Shown: positions 1 to 12,810, counted from the stretch's first letter. The stretch is 64,000 nt of DNA from the human T2T-CHM13v2.0 reference genome, Homo sapiens (GCF_009914755.1 NC_060928.1), one strand, 5' to 3'. Notes: generated from the letters alone by a model not told the origin. A program made the numbers and translations.

Positions 1-3000
1 AAAGCATGGAGCCCTACTGTCCTTTTAATGCATCGAGTATCATTGCTTTTCTTTCTCTTTTCTGAATTTTGAAATATGTTCTAAAAACAGATAGCAAAAC
101 AACTTTTTTCATATGTAGGCAAATTCAGGAGTTCCAAAGCAACTGAAATTGGGGGTTTGATGCCTTTTGCCAAGGAGATTTTAGAAATCAAGTCCTCTTC
201 CCCACTCTTGAGGTATAGAGTTTTAGGTTATCTGAAAATCAAAGCATACATTAGTGACCTTCTTTTGGTATACATTGTGTAACATCAGATAGCCTAAGTT
301 CTGGTTCCAAGAGAGCACTTAGTTGCTATTTGATTATAAGCAAGTCATTAACCAATCAGTAACAGGGAGACAGTAATTCCTGCCCTATTTGCCTGTGGGG
401 TTGGCGTGAGAATAGAAACACCAAAAATATTAATGTCTTCGTCATGCTGGAAAGCTTTGTAGGAAAATAATGTGGTAGCATAATTTTACAGTTCCTCTTT
501 TAGGTCATTTTATCTCTAACCCATTCATAGGTTTAAGAACTTAGAATAACTGAATTAAAATAGTTGAAATTATTAATCATTGTCTCTGCTGAGAAGAAAT
601 TTGATGCATTTGTATATTTTCTACACAAGGAATTAGGGCAAAAGAATTAATTTCGGTCCTTAATAATTAAAAAATTAAAATTTTGGTAGTTGACATATTG
701 ACATCTGTTTGCCTATGACATTGCCCGATTTAAGCACCAAAGCGGGGAGAAAGTCCAAATGTGTTAAAACAAATGAAAGTTTATTTTTAAAAAATCCAGT
801 AAGTTAGTTATCTCCCGATTTTTCAAGCTACTTTTCAGTGTCTGCATGCTAATAAAATTTCTGATTTTTTTCCTGAAGTTTAATAATAATGCTGTGCAGC
901 TTGCATTTCCATTCTGGACCAGTTCCCTTCTCCCTCTCCTTCTCCCATCCAAGCTCCTGAATCCACCAACCTACTGAAATGTATTCCTGACAATAGTAGA
1001 TGCACTTTAAGACTTGTATACATAATAACTGAAGCATTTGAATGTAAGTGGTTTATTGTAAAGTTCTATCCTTTAGTGTAAGATAAGCACATGAAATAAT
1101 TCATTAAATTTTTTATTTTCCTATTTTATAGATTTTCCTTATATATATTATAAACCTCCAGAGAAAAAGGAAGATAAGTAAATTTAAAATAAAAACACCA
1201 AAGTTTTATTTCTAGGTTCTTTTATCAACTTTTAAGATTTATTTGAGACAGTATGATCAATGACTTCATTTTGTTCTGCTTATTATTGTAGGAGTATTTA
1301 CTATAATTTGGAAGTAATTTATTTTTGAATTTATTGCTTAATTGAATGATCTCCAATAGATTGTGATAATGAACACAGCATTTATAGAAAGCAGCACATA
1401 TTAACTTACTTAATATGGCACTAGGTCAATGAGAAAAGAAGGTAACATAATTGAAGACAAGAAACTCTTAAGAAAACTGAGGACAAAAAGGCTTCTCACC
1501 AGGACACCAGATGCATTTAATCTTTTGAAGCTCTGTACTTTAGGAAAAGTCTGATATTTGGCAAATTTTGATAAACATGGATGACTATGGAATCCTATTT
1601 TATAGTATCTGAAGTGGCTTTCATAAGGGTCATTGTGAAGTTTTTAGGAGACACCTGCCTGTGGCAGATGGGACAATGATGGCAGTCACTAGTGATATTA
1701 ACACCAGTCAGCTGTCAGGGAATATCATCCAGACCATCAGCAGCTGGTAGAGTACAGCTTTCTCAATTGCTTTCCATGTTTTGGATACTTATATGCCCGT
1801 TAATAACAGGTAAAATAGCCAGTACATCATTTCCACATTTACCCATTGAATGTTGCATGTTTTCTTCCTTTCACATATTCATACAGTCCAGATTTTTTTT
1901 TGGACTCATGACAGCACATTGGCTTTTCTTTCCTTTCAGTTTCATGATTCTTAACCCCAAAGTGCTTTTGCCATGGGAACGGAAGGATAAATTTCGGTCG
2001 AAGCCATTCTCTAAAACCACCAGCAGCTCCAGTCCAGATTATGAATACTACCATAGCAATCCTAAGGGGCCCTTTATTGGCCCAGACTGGAGCCAAATTG
2101 TAGAAGAGCTGCCCCAACTGGGCTTCAGGTTTAGTTCAGGGACATAGTGTCTGAAGAAATTTCCATCAGCATAAATACTCCTTGTTTATGAGCTGCCTGA
2201 AACTGTAAACACCGAATCCATTCCCATCAGGAACTCACAAAAGTTTCTGTTATGCTTTGAAAATAAACCTAGGGATACTTAACTGACATGTAAAGAAAAA
2301 TCCATCAGTATCCTTTTCTCGAGATATAGGTTTTGATTTTACTGTGTTATGTTGTGGTTTTGTTCTGTTTTTGTTTAGTGCAGAAAAATACTTAAAACAC
2401 AAAGCCTTTCTCTAACACCATATTTGGTTTTAAATGCTATTTGCTATAATATCAAGAAGATTTATCAAAGACAGGTGTGACTCTGCAGGACCATATTAGG
2501 AACAGTCATTAACTCCTCTTAGAAGATGAGAAAAGTTTCCCTCTCATTTTTAGTAAATTCTGAAATACAAAGTAGAAGAATATGGGAAGGGTAGAAAATT
2601 TCTCAGTCATTCTTCCTTGATTTTTGCTTCAATTAACAGAGGGAGAAAACATTTTTGATACTGTAATCTGCATGGCGCTTTCTGTGAGGAAATTTTTTTT
2701 GAAATATTTAAAATGTGATTTTGTTTTAAAAACCCTTAACTAGTCAAGAGACAATAAAGTAGAAAATTGAAGAACGCATAGGAGATGACAAAAGTATTTG
2801 GTTTATTTATTTAACCTTTCCGGGATTTGCCCAGCTCGGGGTCTGCTTACAGTTGCATTCAGGGCAGATAAAAGACCTACTTGGAAAATCAGTAAGATAT
2901 GAAAATTTTTTTAGATGTAATAATTATTTGGTGGTTTTAAAACATAATGGAACTTGATGATTTAGTTAAATGAAATATACAGATTTCTAATAAATGAGCA

Positions 3001-4140
3001 GATCAGATTGAAATAGATTAGATTTGAAAACAATTTTGTCACTAGACATATTATCTATATTTTTTATTCAATGACATGGATTAATAGATAATTAAATTAT
3101 GCTAAATGGGTACTTATGCTGGTGGTTCCAGACAAACATGTGGTCACATTTCTTTTTAATGAAGCATATATTTTGGGCATTACTATTTCAATGTTTATTT
3201 GTCATTATGAGTTTTATGTTCACTTGAGGCAGTGTTTAATTTAGGTTAAAACCTTTTCATAATGTAAAATTTGTTGATTCATTTCATATTGATACTTAAA
3301 CCAATAAACCTGAAATACATGACAGTCTATTACATTTTGTCCATTAGTGTTTCCATATGCCTTTTTTAACTGCGGAATAAATGAAAATATGTTGGTAGGT
3401 TTTTTAAAGTTCATTTTGTGACTTGAATGCATTACTAAAGTAGGAAACTGAAGTTTCTTCTTTAATCTGAAATCATATAAAATCTACCAGATTGAACAAG
3501 AAAAACTACAATATTGATCACTCTTAATTTATTTCGTTCTTATCCTCTGAAAATATAGCCTATGTAGCCTTCCTTTGGGATGGGAAGGTCAAAGCAGTCA
3601 AATGTTTTAAAATCTGTATACTTCCTGTAAAATAAAATATTCTCAAAGTCCAAGCCTTAAGGAGGCCAATGCCTTATCCATTTAAAGTAAAATATTCTCA
3701 TGTAATATGTTCTTTAAACAGAGAAAGGAAGACATTGAACGAATAGGGTTACATTGTCAGGATTGGATCTAGCAATAGAACCCAAATATTTTGAGAATAT
3801 TGGCAAACAGTTGTTAGCTGATAGAGCATCTCTGCCCATGAGGACGTTAGTATGCTGCTGTTTCTAGGGTTGATAAGGTAGGCACCTGTTGTTGAGAATT
3901 TTCCTAACTGGCCTTTATAAACAGAGATCCATAAAGGTCATGGCGACTCCTGGTTGCCCCTAGTGTAACGTACCTTCAAATTAATATTGCATGAACAGGA
4001 TCTATCTCTTATGTAAATGACAGTTACTGTAGCTTGACCTATTTTTCTCTTTCATTTTTTAATATAGAAAAGAATTTTAGATGGCTTACATTAGTGCTGA
4101 GGTTTTGTAATTTTTCTGCTTCAACCCACATTGTTTTCAG

Positions 4141-4260
4141 ATCTAAATGAGTGTGGCCTGAAGCCCCGGCCCTGTAAGCACAGGTGCATGAACACTTACG
4201 GCAGCTACAAGTGCTACTGTCTCAACGGATATATGCTCATGCCGGATGGTTCCTGCTCAA
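4141..4260 (+). CDS. NPNT: Nephronectin coding exon (canonical exon 4), calcium-binding EGF-like repeat
   Basis: Acceptor ttgttttcag|, donor |gtatgt, 120 bp, phase 1-1. Translates (D)[39 protein letters not shown], matching recalled nephronectin. Confidence 0.97.
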
Positions 4261-5432
4261 GTATGTCAAGAATCTTAACTGTTTTATAAGTGCTTTGGGC
4301 TTGTTTCTGTTGTGCTCTGAGAGCTTGCTTTTGTGAAAATGGCCTCCGGGGTTCTCCTAAACAAGATGTGTGCGTGTGTTTATACTTTTGCCTGAGGAAT
4401 TGAAAATCAAAATAAGAGGCACCATTTTCGATGTATAATACTCTTCTATCACGGGTGCCAATATTAAATTGATTAGGAAATGGTGTTTAGAATAAGAATT
4501 ACAAAACTAAGTATGTTTTCTAATTTTTTTTTTAAACATGTTTACCCATGTCTTCTATCTGGGCATAGAAGAATGATTCCAGGCTAAAAAAAAAAAAAAA
4601 AGAACACTACTGACTATTTAGGGACTGCTCAGACAGAATCCATCAGGTCTGTTTTGTAATTTTAAATCATTCATAAATATTTTCTTCATTTTTATATTTC
4701 ATTATAAAAGCCTTTAGGCTTTTATAGAATTTTAGACTCTAATAATAGTCTAAGACTTCTAAAAAACAATTTCAAATAAAAAATAAATGAATATGATACC
4801 AGAAAAGTAGGATTCATGTTTATAAGGAAGAAATGCATGTTTTCACCATCATTTGGATGTAAAAAATGGACTTTGCCCTAAAATTCTCTATAGGCTGACT
4901 CCTGAATTGTGGTATTCATATGATATCTGACAATTAATGACTTGATTTTTATTTTTACTGAATTATCATTTAACTGAGTTGCATAAAATAAAGTTAGCTA
5001 ATTTTATTTAACATTGCATAAGTATAGCATGGAACTTTTTGGAATTAGGTGAATACATGTTTAACATTGTGCAACTCAATGGGAAATCTGCTGTTCCCCT
5101 AGAGAAATTTCATGGGCATTTGAGACAGTTACTTGGATGATTAGTTAAGAATAGCGTTTAGCTTGAGTAATCTGGAAAAATACCTCAATTCTTCACTTTC
5201 CTTGGCCACTGGAAAAATTTCCAGATAATCTATATATGATAGTTTTATATTTGTCTTTTAATGCTTTCTTTCCTTCCCCCTTTTATTTTCTTTAGATGTT
5301 TGATAGTTAAGGCCTCTTTGTCTTCATTGTTGTTCAGTGTCACTGATTTCAGGACAAGTGAAAAAACATAGCTATTTCCATTACAGATTTTGTTTTCTAC
5401 CTGTCTGAGTCAGCCAGTCACTCTCTTTCCAG

Positions 5433-5552
5433 GTGCCCTGACCTGCTCCATGGCAAACTGTCAGTATGGCTGTGATGTTGTTAAAGGACAAATACGGTGC
5501 CAGTGCCCATCCCCTGGCCTGCACCTGGCTCCTGATGGGAGGACCTGTGTAG
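5433..5552 (+). CDS. NPNT: Nephronectin coding exon 5, EGF-like repeat
   Basis: ctctttccag| ... G|gtgagt, 120 bp, phase 1-1. (S)ALTCSMANCQYGCDVVKGQIRCQCPSPGLHLAPDGRTCV. Confidence 0.97.
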
Positions 5553-5964
5553 GTGAGTTGTAAAATCAAGCATCTCTGTCAGCAGCCTCTGTAGGATAAA
5601 GGGAGAAAGTGAAAGGTGATGGGAATAAGGAAAAAAAAGGCAATTACTTACATCAGATAATTAGCTATCGTTCAGAAGATATCAGATGTCTCAGAAGAGG
5701 ACATCTCTGTGAATGGATAATGGGAGCGTTGTTTTTTAAAAAATGAGAAATAGGAGGAGGCCTCAGGCAGAGGGAACCCTATGTGCAAAGACACTGCAGT
5801 TCAGAGGAGCACAATGTTTAGGGAAACGAGAAGAGCTCAGTATTCCTAGAATGTAAGCGGCAAGGGTGAGCAATGAGTGATGAAGCTGAATAGCTAGATT
5901 GTATGTGTTGTTCTTCAGGCCTCAGATTTTTTTCTGGTAAATTAGGAAGGCAGTGTAGGATTGA

Positions 5965-6170
5965 GAGTCTGGACTTTGGTTTTAAACCTGGCTCTTCCAT
6001 GTACTAGATATGTAACCTTAGGCAAGAGACTTTGTTGCTTTGAGCTTGGGTCTTCTTATCTTTAAAATGGAAATAATACCACATAGAACTGGTAGGAAGA
6101 TTGAATGAGATCATGGATGCAAAGAGCTTAGCACAATACCTAGCATGTAATAAGCCTTGAATGAATGGAA
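5965..6170 (+). mobile_element. MIR SINE
   Basis: MIR core-like tgtaaccttaggcaag...atctttaaaatggaaataata and tail cttagcacaatacctagcatgtaataagc. Ends approximate. Confidence 0.7.
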
Positions 6171-6184
6171 GTGTTTGGTGATTA

Positions 6185-7075
6185 GAGTTATTTACTGAGT
6201 AATTTCTATACTCCAGACACTGTGCTGAGTGCTAGGATATATAGCAGTGGCCTAAGCACACAAGATTTTGATCCCCACAAAGCTGACATGCTAATGGGGG
6301 AGACAGAAAAGAAACAAATACCCCATAAAATTACAGACAATGCCAAGTGTTAACATGAGGTACTGAGAGAAAAACAGAATGTGTCTATTAGCCTTAAGGT
6401 AAGACCTGTATCATTAGCCATGTGAAGAAACAGCCAAGCAGCTGAAGACATTGCAGGGCACTGCGGTGAGAGAGAGGTTGGCCTGTGTGAGGTTTTTCAA
6501 GGAAGAAGGTCCATGTAGCTCAAGTACAGGGTGTGAGTATGAGGGGTGGTGGCTGGAGATATAATGGGTGAAGTAGGTGAGGGTGATTTGTTGCAGGGCC
6601 TTCAAGGACACAGGGGAGGAATGTGGATTTAATTCAAAGTGCAAGTAGAAATAGTTAAAAGATTTTGAGCACAGTAATGATCTGATTGTATGTTTTAATG
6701 GAATCATTTTGACAGTTGGGTTGGATATGCTTTGGAGGGGGTAAGTAACAGCAAAAGGAACTGTTTTGAGGCTTTTGTAACAGTCTAACCCAAGAGATGG
6801 TGGCTTCAAATAGGGTAGTGGTGGTGGATTAAGAGAAAAGTAGACAGATTCAAATACTTTTTTTTAGAGGTAGAATTAACTGGACTTGATGATATGGGAG
6901 TTAAAGGAAAGAGGGTTGTTTCTAATTCAAGAATGACTCATGTTTCTAGTTTAAGCAACTTGGTAGATACAGGTGCAGTATGTGCTAATATATAGAGTGC
7001 AAGAAAATAATAACTTGGCTTAGAAGGCTGGGTTGAAATTTGGATATGTGGAATTTATGTTGCCTGTAGGGACAA
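6185..7075 (-). mobile_element. L2 LINE fragment
   Basis: Reverse L2 3' end atttactgag...ccagacactgtgctgagtgctagga followed by purine-rich L2-like body. Ends approximate. Confidence 0.6.
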
Positions 7076-7206
7076 CCAGCTAGATACCGTTTATGATGAG
7101 CCACTATATGCTAGGCAACCATTTGTAGTCAGTTATTTATTTTGAAACCCACTCTGTCTTAACATACCCTTGCTCTTCCTAAAATGCTATTGACTTATGT
7201 TTCTAG

Positions 7207-7341
7207 ATGTTGATGAATGTGCTACAGGAAGAGCCTCCTGCCCTAGATTTAGGCAATGTGTCAACACTTTTGGGAGCTACATCTGCAAGTGTCATAAAGG
7301 CTTCGATCTCATGTATATTGGAGGCAAATATCAATGTCATG
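7207..7341 (+). CDS. NPNT: Nephronectin coding exon 6, cbEGF repeat
   Basis: ttctag| ... G|gtaatg, 135 bp, phase 1-1. (D)[44 protein letters not shown] (within ORF 7197..7382). Confidence 0.97.
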
Positions 7342-7645
7342 GTAATGAAACCCAACCATTGCTTTGTGTTGTTTCTTCCTAGAGCACTGAAAGGTCTCGT
7401 AATTGTGGTGATGGCTGGAATGTCAGGGGCAGGGGAGAGTACTGGCGTTAAGTTAAACCAACAGACATCCAGTTTAACCACTGGTAGTTCTCAGTCTACA
7501 TGTAGTTTATTTCTTCTGTTTATCTGCCAATTTTATGTAGATCATCACATTGCCAAAAAAAATCATTTTTGAAACTGTATATATTTTTTATGTCATCATA
7601 TTTATCTCCTAAATAAGTCTCTTCTTTTCCTACTTTCTGATGCAG

Positions 7646-7768
7646 ACATAGACGAATGCTCACTTGGTCAGTATCAGTGCAGCAGCTTTGCTCGATGTTA
7701 TAACGTACGTGGGTCCTACAAGTGCAAATGTAAAGAAGGATACCAGGGTGATGGACTGACTTGTGTGT
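7646..7768 (+). CDS. NPNT: Nephronectin coding exon 7, cbEGF repeat
   Basis: tttctgatgcag| ... T|gtgagt, 123 bp, phase 1-1. (D)[40 protein letters not shown]. Confidence 0.97.
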
Positions 7769-8188
7769 GTGAGTAGCACTTGTCTCTCAGCTTTAAATTC
7801 TAGCAGGAAATACAGGATTACACAAAGGCCATTGCTAGGGAAAATAAGGAATAAGATTATCAAAGAAGTATAATTGTCATAATTGGTTATATTTGTCTTT
7901 GATTTCCACAAACAATAAAATCACTTGCTCAGGTACTTGTAAAAACTAAGGACTCAGTAATACACTATAATCTTAAGAGTATTTTAATCTCTTCACTGAA
8001 ATCTCTCAATATTTTCTTTTTAGCTAAAAAGAAATTATTGAGTCCTCCCTGAGAATTTGCTTTTGTTAAAATTAGAAATCATGTTTGCCATTAGCGTTAG
8101 ATTTTGATGGTGGGATAATCTGGATATATTCTACATTTTTTTCCCTCTGTTTTATGCCTCCTAACTCTGCTATTAAAAAATCATTCCC

Positions 8189-8494
8189 GGCCAGGCACAG
8201 TGGCTCATGCCTGTAATCCTAGCACTTTCGGAGGCCATAGCAGCAGGATTGTTTGAGGGTAGGAGTTCAAGAGCAGCCTGGGCAACATAATGAGACCCTG
8301 TCTCTACAAAAAAAAATTTAGAAATTAGCCAGCTGCAGTGCGCATACCTGTAGTCCCAGCTACTCAGGAGGATGAGGTGCTAGGATCACTTGAGCCTGGG
8401 ATCTTAAGACTGCCATGAGCCCAGTGAGCTCTGACCATGCCACTGCACTCCAGCTTGGGCAAGAGAGCGAGACCTGTCTCAAAAGAAAAAAAAA
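8189..8494 (+). mobile_element. Alu (AluJ-like), full length
   Basis: ggccaggcacagtggctcatgcctgtaatcc..., two arms, A tail, degenerate TSD aaaatcattccc/aaagccattccc. Confidence 0.93.
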
Positions 8495-9220
8495 GCCATT
8501 CCCATATTTATTTCCTCTACATTCAGAACTGTTTTGCTTTTAAAATTTTTATAAGTTTTATTTGGAGTAGTGGTTATGTAATAGATAAACATGAAAAAAA
8601 CCCAAAAGTCATAATTTAACATACATTTCATGTAACAGAAGATAATTTTTTAAATTTCCTCCGTAAAATATTTACTGAAAACCATGGTGCATAAAATCAT
8701 GAGGATTAAAGGGTTTTTAAAGAGTCATGTAGTCATTCCCAGTCTGGAATGTATCATTCAGGCAGATTAAATATTGATTCTTTTTGATGAAGATTATCAA
8801 GGAAAAAGATTTCACAGATGATCTTTGCAACCTCTGAAAATGTCTATTTAAAAGCAGTTGTATCTATCAGTAAAGGGAAATAAAAACCGACCATAAAACA
8901 ATATGTAGAACATTTACTCAAGCTGTATTTATGCAAATTGAATTTATATAAAGTGTGGATAAGAAAAGTATTTGTCTTTAGACAATTCTGAACACAATTT
9001 TATAATATACACGTAGCATAGGGATACAACGTAGATTCTAACTATGCATTTCTTATATTAAAAAAACTTAGAATGTCTCTGCATTTTAAAAATTCTCATT
9101 GGTTGTTGTCTGTTTGCACTGCACAAATATTTAAAATGTTTTTATGTTGCAAATAATACATATAAATTATGTAAACACACCAATATATTTGTTACATACA
9201 TCCAAAGGATGAATATATGA

Positions 9221-9243
9221 ATATATATGTGTGTGTCTGTGTG

Positions 9244-9275
<32 letters not shown>

Positions 9276-9281
9276 TATATA
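9221..9281. repeat. (TA)n/(TG)n/(CA)n compound microsatellite
   Basis: Directly visible. Confidence 0.85.
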
Positions 9282-9438
9282 TTTGTTATTTGGAAAATAG
9301 TATGACTTACAGTAGGTAATATTCTAAATGTGAAAAATGATACCAGTTGTCATTAGATGTTTTTATGTCTGTCAGTGTAATGCTTCACTTTTTAGGGAGG
9401 AATGGTTACATACTGATTTAAGTCTTTGACTCTTTCAG

Positions 9439-9834
9439 ATATCCCAAAAGTTATGATTGAACCTTCAGGTCCAATTCATGTACCAAAGGGAAATGGTACC
9501 ATTTTAAAGGGTGACACAGGAAATAATAATTGGATTCCTGATGTTGGAAGTACTTGGTGGCCTCCGAAGACACCATATATTCCTCCTATCATTACCAACA
9601 GGCCTACTTCTAAGCCAACAACAAGACCTACACCAAAGCCAACACCAATTCCTACTCCACCACCACCACCACCCCTGCCAACAGAGCTCAGAACACCTCT
9701 ACCACCTACAACCCCAGAAAGGCCAACCACCGGACTGACAACTATAGCACCAGCTGCCAGTACACCTCCAGGAGGGATTACAGTTGACAACAGGGTACAG
9801 ACAGACCCTCAGAAACCCAGAGGAGATGTGTTCA
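9439..9834 (+). CDS. NPNT: Nephronectin coding exon 8, Pro/Thr-rich linker ending in RGD (AGA GGA GAT at 9819-9827)
   Basis: tctttcag| ... A|gtaagt, 396 bp, phase 1-1. (Y)IPKVMIEPSGP...PTPPPPPPLP...QKPRGDVF. (CCA)5CCC poly-Pro at 9657-9674. Confidence 0.97.
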
Positions 9835-10174
9835 GTAAGTCTAATAAATGTTAGCACATTTTCAATAGGCTCTTTATAATGACTTTTCAACCACAGGCCA
9901 TGCCTTGAATAAGAATGAAACTCGTAAGAAGAACTAGCTATGTAAAGTCGTATGTCCCTATTGACAAATATTATAAAGAGCTACATAAAGAGTCAGTCTA
10001 ATTGGGCAAGTAAGAAAGAATGTATGTAGCAATGGAAGGAATATTCACAAAGTCATATGGTAGATGACAGCTCTTAGCCAGTATGGGAATTCTGACATAG
10101 TTGGATTTACTTGAAAACTCTCAGAGGTGGGAACTTAACTGTATTCCATGCTATGTTACTTTTAATCTAACCCT

Positions 10175-10720
10175 TCATTCATTCAGTCAGTGAACATTTT
10201 TGAATGTCTTTAGAGTGTCAAGAAGGCCTTGTATTAGTTATTGGGTTTATGTAAAGATAAAACAGAAAAGGTCACAGTCTGGTGGGAAAGATGGTTACTC
10301 AGAAGATACCAGTGGTAGTATGTTAGTGAAAGAGATCTGTGTAGGACACTATGAGAGGAGAATGAAGGGATACCTCGTCAGTCTTTGGGTAGGGAATATT
10401 CAGGGAGGGCTTCCCGAGTGAAACGGAGCAAAGTGGATGAGGAAAGGAAGATATTATAGTTAACAGGGACAGCCCAACAAATGCAAAGAAGTAGGAAGCA
10501 GTGTAATAGGCAGTAGACTGCCAGTAAATTGGAGGGTCATGTCAGGGACAGATGAGAGAAGCTGGACAGCTACCCCTTGGATTGCTGTAAACTGATAGTT
10601 AGACCTACACTGGGGCTGGATTAGATCAAAGACTCCCAGATTCTTAGCAGGTGACTAGGTAAAGGGTAGCACCACCAATGGAGATAGAGGATTCAGGAAG
10701 AGAAGCAAGTTCTGAAGGAG
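10175..10720 (-). mobile_element. L2 LINE fragment
   Basis: cattcattcagtcagtgaacatttttgaatg (reverse L2 tail) and degenerate L2 body. Ends approximate. Confidence 0.55.
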
Positions 10721-10998
10721 GAAAAGGTTGTTAATTTATTACCAGACCAAAATTTGCATGTTATAACTTTCATCTGTTCCTCATATTTATCTGCTTGTCC
10801 TGTGTCACTTCGCTTATTCTTAATTACCTTTGCATTCACTCTTCCTGTCTCCTCCTTTATACATTACCAGTTTGTTTTGTTCCTTTTCTCATTCCTCTAT
10901 GATGAAGCTAAAGTTTGTGCCTTTTATATTGAATACCTTTATAACTTTTTATCAGGTGAAAAAAATACTGACATTTATTATTCTTTAAAGGGGAAAAT

Positions 10999-11133
10999 TG
11001 GGAGGCTGAGGCAGACCGATCGCTTGAGCCTAGGAGGTTGAGGCTGCAGTAAGCTGTGACTGTGCCACTGCACTGCAGCCTGGGTGACAGGGTGGGACAC
11101 CATCTCAAAAAAATGAATAAATAAATAAACTAA
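10999..11133 (+). mobile_element. Single-arm / 5'-truncated old Alu
   Basis: gggaggctgaggcag...gcctgggtgacag...A-rich tail. TSD taaagggga at 10986-10994 and 11134-11142. Confidence 0.85.
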
Positions 11134-12469
11134 TAAAGGGGATATCAGAGCCGCATTTTGCTTGTATGTGACTCTCAATTAAATTTTCTCCTCTGGGTAA
11201 TTGTCCATTTAAAGAAAGAGGGAAATTCTCTAATTCTGATATAGTCATGTATGTTTTGGATAATCAATATAATTTTTAGGGGAATTAGATGGTAGCTCTC
11301 AAAATATACATTTTATATGTGCATAACTATTTTCTGAAATTTATGTTTTTGTAATTTTCTCCTCACCCCCTCTCTCCATCTCAGATACTGTCTTTTTCTC
11401 CCTATTACTCTCCTTTTTAAATTCTCATCATTGTGATCATACAATGGGATTTTTAATTTATGAGTGCTTAAGTAATTATGGTATTTACATTATTTTGCTG
11501 CCTTAGGATAACAGGGAAATTTGGCTATTTAATGTAAGATGATACGCTAAATATTTTTTTCATTATGATGAAAGAATACATCTTTCTGAGAATTTTAAAA
11601 AATCCTTTCTCTTTTTAAAATGTTTCTCTTTATTTCCAGTATTCCTCTCTATGCCAATACATATATGAATTAAAAATGACATTGAAGTTCACCAATAAAA
11701 TTTAGTGCAATAAAATTGGGGAAATACAGAGTTCCAATGATGTTTGGGAGCATTCATTATAAGAGAGTGTGATCTTAAAGACATGCTCTGGGAAAGCATT
11801 GCCTTGATCAAATGCCAAGGCTGTTGCATGCCACAGATAGCATTGCTGCCTTTAGAAACTCCTGCCAAAAATTAAATTCCACTCTCATTTCATCTTCAGC
11901 GATAGCTGCTTATTAAGTCTAGCATGTGTGAGAATGCTTTAGATGCTTTTTGACTTGCTGTCTTGTGGTTATAGCATATATTCTAAATAAGGCAAAGGCT
12001 CTAAGTTTTTAATTCAGGACAAATAACCAGTGTCTATTCACTGTGAAAACAGTAAGGAACCTTAGCACTATTTCAGTTCAACACCATTTCTTTACTGAAT
12101 ATTTTCTTCACTTCTGGCATAACTTCTTAAATCATCCTCATTCTCCGAGACAGGTCTGAGAATAGAATTTAGCTCACCTCATTTCATAAATTTTTAGGTG
12201 ATGTTAATTATGGCCACTATTTGGCAGTCTCCTTCAAATAGCCCTCCACTTTGTGTTTTTCTTTACATTGAAAGATATTTTTAAATTGATTTTTAATTGA
12301 CAGATAATAACTGAATATATTTATGGGGTATGAAAGATTTCTTTTAATGGAAGAGGTTGTGAAAGAGAGCTTTTCCTTATAATGTATGTGCGTTGTTGCC
12401 CTGAGAAAAGACTGTAAAGATATTCTAAAAGAAAATCAAGGAAGAAAAATATTATAACAAGAACACATC

Positions 12470-12810
12470 TTCAGCCCAGACCTCTCCCCCAAACTCTAGA
12501 CCTGGATGTCAGCTGACTGCTTAACCTATCCAGTTGGATGAAAATAGACGTCTCAAACTCAACATGTATAGAATTGTTCCTTTTCTTCCCTTAAACATCC
12601 TCTACTCTCAGCCTTTCTTATCCCAGGTAATGGGACCTCTATCACCTGTTGCTAAGGTCTAATAATGTGGATTCATCCTTAATTACTCTTCATACATACA
12701 GTCAATATGTAAGGAAATCCTGTTAGCTGTACCTTCAAATTATATTTAAGTGTGACCTTTTCTCACCAACTCCAGTGCTACCACCCTGGCCCAAGCCATC
12801 TCTCCCCTGG
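12470..12810 (+). mobile_element. L2 LINE fragment
   Basis: cagcccagacctctcccc...tctcaaactcaacatgt...ccaccctggcccaagccatc are typical L2 3'-region motifs. Confidence 0.65.

Noticed and set aside
6414-6809. 131-aa minus-strand ORF
   Set aside because: It lies within a decayed L2 element and shows no gene features.
9476-9790. Gly/Val-rich 104-aa minus-strand ORF and His/Gln-rich alternative-frame ORF (9511..9738)
   Set aside because: These are shadows of the low-complexity Pro/Thr codons of NPNT exon 8.
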